Source: Pelagibacteraceae bacterium AG-337-G06 (GTDB taxonomy: Bacteria; Pseudomonadota; Alphaproteobacteria; Pelagibacterales; AG-422-B15). Taken from it: a stretch of 64,000 bases of DNA. The translations under genes were made by a program, and so were the position numbers. Below the pieces are notes generated by a model that ran no database searches, was not told the origin of the DNA, and worked only from the letters and a program-made list of their open reading frames with translations. The stretch lies in contig QBZX01000002.1 in the NCBI GenBank assembly GCA_003282175.1, positions 138,598-202,597 of the forward strand, written 5' to 3'. Of the stretch, positions 49,005-57,858 are shown piece by piece (position 1 is the stretch's first letter; each line of letters begins with the position of its first letter).

Positions 49005-49027
49005 GAAAAAATGCTTGCTAAATAATT

Positions 49028-49043
49028 ATGTTATAATATAACG
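49028..49043. promoter_or_regulatory. Zur box between divergent znuC and znuA
   Basis: ATGTTAT-AAT-ATAACG. Confidence 0.8.
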
Positions 49044-49076
49044 CTATACTCAAACTATTATGAAAGCAATATATCT

Positions 49077-50192
49077 ATGAAATTACAACTTAAATTTGGA
49101 TTAATCTTATCAACTATTTCACTATTAACGTTTATTTCTTTCGCAAAAGCTGAAACAAAAGTTGTAGCATCAATTAAGCCGATACATTCATTAATTAGCT
49201 ATGTAATGGATGGAGTAGGAACGCCTGGCTTATTAGTAGATGGCAGTTCTTCACCACATACTTTTCAATTGAAGCCTTCCCACGCAACAATGCTTCAAGA
49301 AGCAGATATTGTGTTCTGGATTGGCGAGGACTTGGAGTCATTTCTAGAGACACCTCTTGAGTCAATTGCAAAAGATGCAAAGCAAGTAACATTGATGGAA
49401 TCAGAAGATATTGAAATGCTCAAATTTAGGGAAAAAAATGTATTTGATGATCATGACGATCATGGTGATGAACATGATGACCATGACGAGCACGGTGATG
49501 AACATGACGAGCACGAAGAACATGGTGACGAGCATGACGAGCACGAAGAACATGGTGACGAGCATGACGAACATGACGAACACGAAGAACATGGTGACGA
49601 GCATGACGAACACGAAGAACATGGTGACGAACATGACGAGCACGGTGATGAACATGACGAGCACGCACATCATGATGGTCATAACCATGGTGAATTTGAT
49701 ATTCACTTTTGGCTAGATCCTGAAATTGCAAAGACTATTGTTCAAATAGCAGCAAAAGAAATGTCAGAAATTGATCCTGCAAATGCATCAAAATATGAAG
49801 CAAATGCAGCTAAAGCTCTGAATGAACTTGATCAACTTATAAATGATACAAGAGGCAAGATAAATAAAGATGCCACTTATGTTGTATTCCATGATGCTTA
49901 TCAATATTTTGAGCAACGTTTTGGAATCGAAGTAATCGGCGCACTCACAGTAAATCCTGAAGTATTGCCAGGTGCAAAGCAGCTTGCTGAAATTAGAGAG
50001 GTCATTGAACACGAGGTCGTTAACTGCCTATTCTCTGAGCCTCAGTTTAATCCAACGATTGCTGAAACAATTGCTAGTGACACAGGCGTGAAGGCTGCAG
50101 TTCTTGATCCGTTAGGAGCTGAACTAGAGCCTGGAAAAGATCTGTATTTTGATCTTATAAGCGATATGGCATCATCATTTGAAAGTTGTTAG
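49077..50192 (+). CDS. znuA: Zinc ABC substrate-binding protein with long His-rich loop
   Basis: SIKPIH, SPHTFQLKPS, HFWLDP, FHDAYQYFE, EPQF, LDPLG. Confidence 0.96.
   Translation: MKLQLKFGLILSTISLLTFISFAKAETKVVASIKPIHSLISYVMDGVGTPGLLVDGSSSPHTFQLKPSHATMLQEADIVFWIGEDLESFLETPLESIAKDAKQVTLMESEDIEMLKFREKNVFDDHDDHGDEHDDHDEHGDEHDEHEEHGDEHDEHEEHGDEHDEHDEHEEHGDEHDEHEEHGDEHDEHGDEHDEHAHHDGHNHGEFDIHFWLDPEIAKTIVQIAAKEMSEIDPANASKYEANAAKALNELDQLINDTRGKINKDATYVVFHDAYQYFEQRFGIEVIGALTVNPEVLPGAKQLAEIREVIEHEVVNCLFSEPQFNPTIAETIASDTGVKAAVLDPLGAELEPGKDLYFDLISDMASSFESC
49446..49688 (+). repeat. Imperfect tandem repeats (9/12/30-bp units) encoding the (E/D)H-rich loop of ZnuA
   Basis: Unit EHEEHGDEHD (GAGCACGAAGAACATGGTGACGAGCATGAC) repeated with variants; 26 His by my count. 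Confidence 0.95.
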
Positions 50193-50394
50193 GAGCTTAC
50201 CATGATAAGGCAGTCAATATTACTTAGTTTAGACCATTCTTCATTTTTAAAAAAAATAGATCATAGCTACTAAACCATACATTAAATAAGACATTTAAAT
50301 GTTTCAAAAATGTGAATTATTTAAATTCTTATACTTATTTATTGATTTCGATTTATTATTTAGAATAATTTAAAGTCCTGAATCTATTAAAGAT

Positions 50395-51114
50395 ATGACG
50401 TCAGAATTTACATTATTTGGTTTTCATCATCTAATTTCAATTACATCAATTTTTGCAATTTCATTTCTATTTCCTGCATTGGTAAGACTGATTAACAATA
50501 AATCAATTACTGAGATAATCTTAATCATCTTAGGAGCTGTATTAATTACCCATGAATTAGCAAAACCTTTTTACAGAGTTGTTTTTTACGATCATTCTGT
50601 TTATGAGGTTTTTCCAATACACATTTGTCACATCGCGGCATTATCGATGGGAATTTATATTTTCACTAAAACTAAATTCTTTTTTGAAGTTGCGTATTTT
50701 TTTGGACTAACTGGAAATCTGTTAGCTATGGTAACACCTGATGTTGATTATACGTATCCAGATGCTGAATTCATTACATATTACTTTGGTCATGGATTGC
50801 TTTTTATGACTGTATTTTATGTATGTATCTGTACCAAAGTGGAATTAACGTGGAGTTCAGTAATTAGAGTCCTAGTTTTTGCTGTCTCCTTATTGCCATT
50901 GATTTATCTGCTAAACCTTTATCTCGTTAGTTATTTTGCTGATGTTAATTACTGGTATTTAATGATTACGCCTGCAGCCAACACGCTGTTGGATTTCTTC
51001 CCAGCCCCACCATGGCATATACCTTATCTAGCAATATTAGCTCTGATCTTGTTTGTGATGTCGTATTGGGTGTACTTAGCCCTAATGAGACTAAATAAAT
51101 TCAAATATCTTTAA
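50395..51114 (+). CDS. TIGR02206/YwaF (TMEM164-like) membrane protein
   Basis: FGFHH, FPIHICH, A.VTPD, YYFGHG, NYWYL..P. Confidence 0.82.
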   Translation: MTSEFTLFGFHHLISITSIFAISFLFPALVRLINNKSITEIILIILGAVLITHELAKPFYRVVFYDHSVYEVFPIHICHIAALSMGIYIFTKTKFFFEVAYFFGLTGNLLAMVTPDVDYTYPDAEFITYYFGHGLLFMTVFYVCICTKVELTWSSVIRVLVFAVSLLPLIYLLNLYLVSYFADVNYWYLMITPAANTLLDFFPAPPWHIPYLAILALILFVMSYWVYLALMRLNKFKYL

Positions 51115-51240
51115 TATAATGATTGTGTTTAAGACTAATAGCAGCAGAGGAACCACTGTTCTTATGAGTTCCATGATGTGATTAATGTTATCTAACTTCT
51201 TTTCGAGCTCAGATTTGTTATTCAGTAATTTGTTCAACAT
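51091..51240 (-). CDS. Small single-TM protein, 49 aa (not in ORF track)
   Basis: MLNKLLNNKSELEKKLDNINHIMELIRTVVPLLLLVLNTIIILKIFEFI; overlaps the convergent gene by 24 nt. Confidence 0.55.
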   Translation of the reverse strand: MLNKLLNNKSELEKKLDNINHIMELIRTVVPLLLLVLNTIIILKIFEFI

Positions 51241-51573
51241 ATAACAATTATAACACATCAATTTATTAAGTTCAAGTTTTATTATGTAAAACAGTAACTT
51301 ATAAAATTTTATGAATATTTTACATTACCTTAAAATACTATCGAATCAATCAGAATAAATAGCAAAAATTATCTACATAAAATTTTATATCTTAGTTCGT
51401 AAGTTCTTGAGATTTTCAAACGAATCAAATCAAGATTGATAGTTCTTTTAATTTCAAAATTTCAATTTTTATTATGAAAAATATAAAAATCGAAAAAGAA
51501 TGTCCAAATCATATCCAGGCAAGTGTTTGCCTAAATTCATTATTTAATATTTTCAATTAAGGAAACAGAGACA

Positions 51574-52569
51574 ATGGAAATATCTGACGTTTATATGATT
51601 ATCGGTTTCACTTTAGCAGCTTATTCTGTGGTTGCTAATGACAGCGTGCAAACGCTTGGAACTTTTATTGCATCAAATTCAGAAAAGTTTAAATGGTATA
51701 TACTTGCAGGCGCAGCTTCATCAGTATTAAGCTTAACATTATTTTATGGATGGTACATGTATGATGACATCTCATACGGTAGATTGAATAAAATACCATT
51801 TCAGGAAATTAAGTGGTATCACGCAGCTGCTCCAGGATTTCTTTTACTATTTACTAGATTTGGTGTTCCAGTATCTACGACATTTTTAGTACTATCTGCT
51901 TTTGCATCAACTATAATTTTGGAAAAAGTTTTAATCAAATCTGTGATGGGTTATGGATTAGCTGCAATCATTGCTTATACGATATGGATTGTTCTCTCAA
52001 GATACATTAATGAAAAATTTGATAAGGTTGATAATATTAAACGATGGAGAGTCTTTCAGTGGATGACAACAGGTTTCCTCTGGTATACGTGGTTATCACA
52101 CGATATGGCTAACATTGCTGTATTTTTACCTAGAGATCTACCTTTGGCAATGTTAGTTGCAATTATTCTTCTTTGTTCTGCATTGTTATTTTATATATTT
52201 TATGAAAAGGGAGGACGTATTCAAAAAATTGTATTAGATAAAACTGGAACTCGTTTCGTAAGATCTGCTACAATCATTGATGGAGTTTATGCCTTTATAT
52301 TACTTTATTTTAAGCAGTATAATGATATCCCAATGTCAACCACATGGGTCTTTGTGGGAATTTTGTGTGGTCGAGAATTAGCTATCGCAACAACAGCAGC
52401 TGATTACAAACTTGGCTATGTTTTTCCAATTATTGGTAAAGATTTCCTAAAAATGATCAGTGGTCTTTTGATTTCTGTGGCAATAGTTCTATCAATCCAT
52501 TATGTGATAATTCCTGGTGGATACGAAGATATTAACTTTGCATTTTTAGAATCGTCTTTTAGGTTCTAA
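51574..52569 (+). CDS. PiT/PHO4-like anion permease (distant homolog)
   Basis: Twin degenerate signatures VVANDSVQ and LSHDMANIA; PVSTT and PMSTT repeats. Confidence 0.65.
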   Translation: MEISDVYMIIGFTLAAYSVVANDSVQTLGTFIASNSEKFKWYILAGAASSVLSLTLFYGWYMYDDISYGRLNKIPFQEIKWYHAAAPGFLLLFTRFGVPVSTTFLVLSAFASTIILEKVLIKSVMGYGLAAIIAYTIWIVLSRYINEKFDKVDNIKRWRVFQWMTTGFLWYTWLSHDMANIAVFLPRDLPLAMLVAIILLCSALLFYIFYEKGGRIQKIVLDKTGTRFVRSATIIDGVYAFILLYFKQYNDIPMSTTWVFVGILCGRELAIATTAADYKLGYVFPIIGKDFLKMISGLLISVAIVLSIHYVIIPGGYEDINFAFLESSFRF

Positions 52570-52752
52570 TTAATTTCACATAATCGCTCTAGGACAGTTT
52601 TAGAAGACCTGTACCTAGGGCAATTATGATAATAGATAGAATTTTAATCTTTGAGAGTTTCTCAGACAGTATAACAATGGTTTTGAATACGATCCAATAA
52701 GAACAGTACGTGCAGCAGGGTATTCTCTTGGCTTATAAATAGAAATTTTCTA

Positions 52753-53586
52753 CTAAGATACGTATTCTAATAAGAAAACGCCTATAAACAAAATAATAGC
52801 CGCAGCAAGCCTTCTCTTTAACCCCTGTTCTTTAAAAAATAATAATCCGATTAGTGAGGCAAATATTATACTGCTCTCTCTTATTGAAGCGACGTAGTGA
52901 ATTGGCGCTTGTGTATATGCCCATAGAACAAGTGAGTATGAAGTTAAAGAGCCTATTGCAGCAATGAATAGTGGAAACTTGTTTTCGGTGAATGTTGTTA
53001 TCAATAAATTACGCTGATTGCTTATAGAATAAAGCAGTATTGGAATAGGCATCAAAAAAAATAGCCACACAATATACTGCATGGAACTTTCAACAGATTT
53101 AACTGCATACGAGTCAACTAAAGTATAAAACGTTATAGAAATTGGAAAATACAATAAGGCCAATATATTTTTATAATCTAAGCTGAAACTTTTACCGATA
53201 AAAAGAACAAAAATACCTGATATGATTATTCCAATTGCTATGATTTCATTTAATGAGATTGTCTTGTTTAAGATAAATATTAAAATTAATATTGTTAGTA
53301 AGGGTGCAAGACCTCTAGCAAACGGATAGGCGACTGAGAAGTCCTCTATGGCGTATGCTCTTGTTAATGAGTGCATGTACATGGTATGAGCAATTACTCC
53401 AAAAAATAAATATATTGCTGCAGTAGAAGAGGGTAGGCCCACATAAAATAGGAAAGGCACCATCATAAGTGAGATGATGGATGCAAGTGTAACCATTTTT
53501 GCAAAACCATTATCCTTATTCTTAATGAAGGCATTCCATGATGCATGGAGGATAGCAGCAAACAGAATGACTGCTAAAATTGACAT
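52753..53586 (-). CDS. DMT/EamA-family transporter
   Basis: AAILHASWNA, DFSVAYPFARG, YTLVD, SIRESSI. Confidence 0.88.
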   Translation of the reverse strand: MSILAVILFAAILHASWNAFIKNKDNGFAKMVTLASIISLMMVPFLFYVGLPSSTAAIYLFFGVIAHTMYMHSLTRAYAIEDFSVAYPFARGLAPLLTILILIFILNKTISLNEIIAIGIIISGIFVLFIGKSFSLDYKNILALLYFPISITFYTLVDSYAVKSVESSMQYIVWLFFLMPIPILLYSISNQRNLLITTFTENKFPLFIAAIGSLTSYSLVLWAYTQAPIHYVASIRESSIIFASLIGLLFFKEQGLKRRLAAAIILFIGVFLLEYVS

Positions 53587-53587
53587 A

Positions 53588-54214
53588 TTAAGGTGTTAGC
53601 CATTCTTTGGTTAATTTCTCATTATTAAGCTTAAATAAGGCCCGTCTATGCCCATGTCGGTGAAGATAAAGCCATTCCATGCTTTCAATCTTAATCTCAA
53701 CAAGCGCAAAATTATCATAGCCTTTATTTAAGATCTCTTCACTGGGTAAATCTTTTTCATGTTCTGGAAGATAACCAGAAACAGGCGTATCTGAATGCGT
53801 GCCTGGAGCCACTTCAACAATATAGCATTTTTTACTAAATGATCTGGTGTTGGCCCATGCTTCTTGAGCTTTATCATTTTTATGATTGATTTCAGCAACC
53901 CCTGATACTTTAATTTGTATCTTTTTGCCGTGATCATAAAAAAGCATACTGATCATGTCGTTATCTTTCAGTTCATTTACCTTATTAGACCGAATATCAG
54001 TGTGAAAACTTATTGAATTAGTTTCTTTATTTACATGTCTCAATACTACTGTTCTTATGGAAGGGTAGTCTTTGTTGACTGTTGCAATGTAGCCCTGATG
54101 CATCTCAGATTTTGATTTTGCTTTACCAATTGTTAAGAGATTCCATATGTTGTCATAGGTCTTATCTAAATCATCATAGAAATCAGGAATATCTTTAAAA
54201 GATTCTTCTACCAT
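53588..54214 (-). CDS. Pyridoxamine 5'-phosphate oxidase-like FMN-binding protein
   Basis: P.IRTVVLR, FHTDIRS.KV, EWLYL...GHRRA.F. Confidence 0.85.
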   Translation of the reverse strand: MVEESFKDIPDFYDDLDKTYDNIWNLLTIGKAKSKSEMHQGYIATVNKDYPSIRTVVLRHVNKETNSISFHTDIRSNKVNELKDNDMISMLFYDHGKKIQIKVSGVAEINHKNDKAQEAWANTRSFSKKCYIVEVAPGTHSDTPVSGYLPEHEKDLPSEEILNKGYDNFALVEIKIESMEWLYLHRHGHRRALFKLNNEKLTKEWLTP

Positions 54215-54885
54215 TCAAGTTTATTTCCTTCGTAATTTACAAATGAACCAGAAGTTTCTAAGTTTAGATCACTAATTACTTGGATCATTCGTTGAATACT
54301 ATCTGGTATTTCTAGTTTTGCACTTTCACCGCCCATATCAGTTTTTACCCAGCCTGGATGCAGCATAAGGACTGAAATGTTTTTATCTTTCCAATCTATG
54401 GCCAGACTCTTTGCTGCAGAATTTAATGCAGATTTTGAAGAACGGTAAAAATAAAATCTTCCAGAATAATTATCATCTATGCTGCCCATCTGACTTGAGA
54501 TAAAGATTATTTTCTTATCTTTCCCTTCAAGAACATTTTGTTTTAGTTTTCTAGCAAGTATAATAGGGGTAATTGCATTGATGCGCATTTCATTCATCCA
54601 TGCATCAATATCTAGATCTTCACTCAGTTGTTCATCACGAAAGATGCCTGAATTATGTATCAATATATCGATCTTTATTGATGACATTTCATCGATAAAA
54701 CTATCAATACTTTTGTCTTTATTAAGATCAAGTTCAAACACTGTTGTATTAGTAATGGTAACTAATTGATCCGACTTAGATTCGTCTCTTGTTGTTGCAA
54801 ATACATGGTGACCCAGCTCACTGTATTGTTTAGCAAACTCAAGTCCCAAACCACGATTTGCACCTATTATTAAGATATTGCTCAT
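54208..54885 (-). CDS. SDR oxidoreductase (CsgA-like)
   Basis: GANRGLG, SSQMGSI, YRSSK, HPGWVKTDMGG. Confidence 0.9.
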   Translation of the reverse strand: MSNILIIGANRGLGLEFAKQYSELGHHVFATTRDESKSDQLVTITNTTVFELDLNKDKSIDSFIDEMSSIKIDILIHNSGIFRDEQLSEDLDIDAWMNEMRINAITPIILARKLKQNVLEGKDKKIIFISSQMGSIDDNYSGRFYFYRSSKSALNSAAKSLAIDWKDKNISVLMLHPGWVKTDMGGESAKLEIPDSIQRMIQVISDLNLETSGSFVNYEGNKLEW

Positions 54886-54911
54886 TTATTGGATAATCTT
54901 ATATTTAGTTA

Positions 54912-55268
54912 ATGCATATTCTAACAAATCCACTTCGAGTAATCTTCTTTTTTTATTTATTTTTTCTTTACTATTCATATGTGCGACCGGTTGATCCTAC
55001 GGTTAGTAGTGTTGCTGCTGTTGTATCAGATAATACTGTACATTTTGTTGCATTTTTTATTTTAGGAGCACTTGCACAATTAGCGAATAATAAATCAAAT
55101 GATTTTGTTTTTGGCATTAGCCTAGCTTTGATTACAAGTATCTTTATTGAGTTTGTTCATTTCTTTATTCCATTTCGAGATTTTCAAATCATAGAAGGCG
55201 TTTTTAATGTACTTGGTTGTTTGTCAGCGATATATTTAATAAACTATTATAGAAAAAATTATGGATAA
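54912..55268 (+). CDS. VanZ-like membrane protein
   Basis: D..VHFVAFFILG, IEFVH.FIPFRDF. Confidence 0.75.
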   Translation: MHILTNPLRVIFFFYLFFLYYSYVRPVDPTVSSVAAVVSDNTVHFVAFFILGALAQLANNKSNDFVFGISLALITSIFIEFVHFFIPFRDFQIIEGVFNVLGCLSAIYLINYYRKNYG

Positions 55269-55629
55269 GCTCATTATTAGAAATATTTGTCAACCCCCTG
55301 ACAGCAATCCCTACGGTACAGCACATGGGGCTTGGGTAGTTAAACAGATGGCTCACGCAGGAATTTACATGACTCAGTTGGTATCAAAGGGCAATGCAGT
55401 ACTTGTTGAGTCAAAAGTTAAATACAAAAACCCAATGCACGTTGGTAAATTTATTAATGTTTATGGATCTGTCTTAGGTGTAAAGCAATCCAAAATGATT
55501 TTTAAAATTACCGCAAGAAGATCTGAAATGAATCAAAAGGAAGTTGATGTGGCAGTGGGGGAATTTTCATACATTGCAATCAATGATAAAAATAAGACAA
55601 GAAAATTTAAACCTAATCTAAAGATATAA
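55261..55629 (+). CDS. HotDog-fold acyl-CoA thioesterase (YciA-like)
   Basis: QPPDSNPYGTAHGAWVVKQM, PMHVG, VG.FSYIAI. Confidence 0.75.
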   Translation: MDKLIIRNICQPPDSNPYGTAHGAWVVKQMAHAGIYMTQLVSKGNAVLVESKVKYKNPMHVGKFINVYGSVLGVKQSKMIFKITARRSEMNQKEVDVAVGEFSYIAINDKNKTRKFKPNLKI

Positions 55630-55658
55630 AAATAAGCCCCCATTAACTTGGGGGCTTA
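55628..55658 (-). terminator. Rho-independent terminator oriented for a minus-strand transcript
   Basis: TAAGCCCCC-ATTAACTT-GGGGGCTTA hairpin; A-run at 55628-55632 gives the U-tract on the minus strand. Confidence 0.85.
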
Positions 55659-55664
55659 CTGTAG

Positions 55665-55763
55665 TTAAAACGGAGCTCCACTCAAAAAGTGGAGGTTTCC
55701 ATATCTACAATCACATGGAATCTCACTACTCGAGCAAAGCTCCTCTATACTACTGATAGACAT
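55665..55763 (-). CDS. Candidate 32-aa small protein (or structured ncRNA)
   Basis: MSISSIEELCSSSEIPCDCRYGNLHFLSGAPF; extended SD 6 nt upstream and terminator 6 nt downstream. Confidence 0.55.
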   Translation of the reverse strand: MSISSIEELCSSSEIPCDCRYGNLHFLSGAPF

Positions 55764-55764
55764 A

Positions 55765-55778
55765 GACCACCTCCTTTC
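55765..55778 (-). promoter_or_regulatory. Extended Shine-Dalgarno sequence
   Basis: GAAAGGAGGTGGTC pairs over 14 nt (one G-U) with the typical 16S 3' end GAUCACCUCCUUUC. Confidence 0.75.
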
Positions 55779-55848
55779 ATTAAATATGGTTTAAAATATA
55801 GATATATATATAATTTACTGGATTCTTATTTCAATCAAGGAGTTTATT

Positions 55849-56286
55849 ATGTCGCCTGAATTAATTTTTGAGCCTGTCATCAATATGTTATGGCTTTCTT
55901 TAGCGGTATTTGCCTTTGGGACCACACTGAGGCTTAAATCCATTATTATTGATAAAAAAAGCAAAGAAGAAGACTTCAAAATTCCCACATTTGATAATGG
56001 TGGTGAAACTATTCAAAACAGTCAGAGGAATCTGACCAATTTATTTGAATTCCCAATCTTTTTCTATGCTGTGTGTATCATGATCTATGTAACAGGTAAT
56101 GTTGATGCTTATTTTGTGCTGTTGGCCACTTGGTTCTTTTGGTTACGAGTTGCGCATACGGTTACGCACATTTTTTATAATAAAGTGATTCCTGGGATTG
56201 CAATTCCTGTGAGGACTCTATTTTGGCTACCATCAACCATCATTCTTGGTTGGATGGCTTATAGAGCTTGCTCTGTCATGATGTGA
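55849..56286 (+). CDS. MAPEG-family membrane protein 1
   Basis: QRNLTNLFEFPIFFY, WFFWLRVAHTVTHI; AAGGAG RBS. Confidence 0.82.
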   Translation: MSPELIFEPVINMLWLSLAVFAFGTTLRLKSIIIDKKSKEEDFKIPTFDNGGETIQNSQRNLTNLFEFPIFFYAVCIMIYVTGNVDAYFVLLATWFFWLRVAHTVTHIFYNKVIPGIAIPVRTLFWLPSTIILGWMAYRACSVMM

Positions 56287-56699
56287 TGTTTGAAAACATT
56301 CTTTTCCCAACTTTTGGATTAATTGTATTAACATTTGCGGTGGGCTTATTGCATACCATTGCCTCTGTTGATTTAACAAGGAAATCTAAAGAGTGGGAAG
56401 AGAGTGGTATTCCTAGGGAGCCCTATGAGGACGCTCCACTAAAACTAAGATTGTTAAAAAATAATATTAGCAATTTGTTTGAATTCACCATTATTTTTTA
56501 TTTCTTAGTTGGTATTATAATTATTCTTGATCTATCGAACACTTTTTTAATAATTTGTGCATGGCTATACTTTTTATTAAGAGTTATCCATTCTGTATGG
56601 CATATATATTTTATAAATACGTCAGTCAGAGGAAGCTTGTGGCTATTCTCTCAAATAATTTTATTTATTTTCTTTTTAGGAACGGTTATTAGTATCTAA
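56286..56699 (+). CDS. MAPEG-family membrane protein 2
   Basis: NNISNLFEFTIIFY, WLYFLLRVIHSVWHI; TGATG coupling. Confidence 0.8.
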   Translation: MFENILFPTFGLIVLTFAVGLLHTIASVDLTRKSKEWEESGIPREPYEDAPLKLRLLKNNISNLFEFTIIFYFLVGIIIILDLSNTFLIICAWLYFLLRVIHSVWHIYFINTSVRGSLWLFSQIILFIFFLGTVISI

Positions 56700-57037
56700 C
56701 TTCCGGAGACTCCTGCTTCATTAAGCCTCTTTTTTAATCTACCCGTTAACATAAGCCATGTCATATGATGGTCACCAATTTGAGACCACCATGGATATTT
56801 AAATGTCGCAGGTTTATTATGTTCAATAAAGAAATGTCCTATCCATGCAAACGTATACCCGCACACTAGCGCTAGCGGAATATACAACCAACTTTGGGTA
56901 ACAATTGCACTCCAAAGTATTATTTGGGCTAATCCTGTTCCAATATAATGAAGAATGCGAGTATTTTTCTTACTATGCTCACGTAAATAGTAAGGAAAAA
57001 AATCTTTATAATTTGTATATCTGGCTGGATTTTCCAT
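56696..57037 (-). CDS. DUF962/Mpo1-like protein
   Basis: FFPYYLREHS, R.LHYIGT, GYTFAWIGHFFIEHNKPATFKYP. Confidence 0.88.
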   Translation of the reverse strand: MENPARYTNYKDFFPYYLREHSKKNTRILHYIGTGLAQIILWSAIVTQSWLYIPLALVCGYTFAWIGHFFIEHNKPATFKYPWWSQIGDHHMTWLMLTGRLKKRLNEAGVSGS

Positions 57038-57060
57038 GCAATAAACATTATATTTCGTTC

Positions 57061-57141
57061 ATGAATCTAGACAATAAAATAATGTACATAATGGTCGCTG
57101 CTTTTGTGGCCTTTATATTCATATCAAGTTTCAGTAGTTAA
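57061..57141 (+). CDS. Possible 26-aa single-TM peptide leading the triplet operon
   Basis: MNLDNKIMYIMVAAFVAFIFISSFSS; stop 6 nt before next ATG. Confidence 0.3.
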   Translation: MNLDNKIMYIMVAAFVAFIFISSFSS

Positions 57142-57147
57142 GTTTCA

Positions 57148-57858
57148 ATGTTAAATTTTGGCTATATTCCAGTCTTTGCCCTAAGATTTATGGTTTTCTA
57201 TTTTATTGTTACAAATGCGATAGCCATGGCATTGTTTCCTGGGGGAACTCTGTTTAACCCTCAACTTGAAATATACTCATTTTCTGAAAATTTTTTTAGT
57301 GACTTGGGAATCACGTTTACGAAAGATGGAACGCAAAACTATCTTTCAAGTTTTTTATTTAACAGTTCTCTATTGGTATTAGGGCTATGTGCAGTAACAC
57401 ACATTTTCGTCCCAAAATTATTTAAAGATAACAAAAAAAGTTATGTTCTCTCAATCATTGCAGCAGCATTATTTGTTATAGCGGGACTATCTTTTATTGG
57501 GGTAGGATTGACACCTGCTGACATTTACTTCGAAGAGCATGTTTGGTTTGTTATTTTTGCATTTAATGCACAAACAATGGGTGTTCTATTCATGACTATC
57601 GCTTTTTTACTTAGCAAGATCAGCAATAAATATACAATTGTTGCTTTTATCTATTTTATAAATGTCGCTCTGTACACAATCTTTGAAACAAGTGAACCTC
57701 CACCAGATTTTAATCCTTTTGAGTTAGAAAATGTTGGTGACTTTATTGATTACAATCGTTTTATCATTTCTGTGGTTTGGCAAAAAATTATCACTCTAAT
57801 ATCAATGGTAAGCATATTAATTTTTACATTTGGATATAGACGTTTGATAAATGACTAA
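57148..57858 (+). CDS. DUF998-like membrane protein, paralog 1
   Basis: FPGG..YSFSENFFSDLG, GVGLTPAD.Y.EEH, QK. Confidence 0.75.
   Translation: MLNFGYIPVFALRFMVFYFIVTNAIAMALFPGGTLFNPQLEIYSFSENFFSDLGITFTKDGTQNYLSSFLFNSSLLVLGLCAVTHIFVPKLFKDNKKSYVLSIIAAALFVIAGLSFIGVGLTPADIYFEEHVWFVIFAFNAQTMGVLFMTIAFLLSKISNKYTIVAFIYFINVALYTIFETSEPPPDFNPFELENVGDFIDYNRFIISVVWQKIITLISMVSILIFTFGYRRLIND

Noticed and set aside
46543-49688. Tandem repeats as a possible CRISPR array
   Set aside because: No unique spacers, units are in-frame coding, and there are no cas genes.
49401-49731. Three alternative-frame ORFs rich in Met/Val/His/Arg over znuA, and 46499-46690 over zrgA
   Set aside because: These are shadows of the stop-free His-rich repeats; the real frames carry ZnuA/ZrgA motifs.
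50202-50273. 23-aa ORF after znuA with an AGGAG upstream
   Set aside because: The AGGAG overlaps the znuA stop codon and the peptide has no recognisable features.
52589-52618. Bulged hairpin CTAGG-ACAG...CTGT-A-CCTAG as an ncRNA
   Set aside because: It is adequately explained as a weak terminator between convergent genes.
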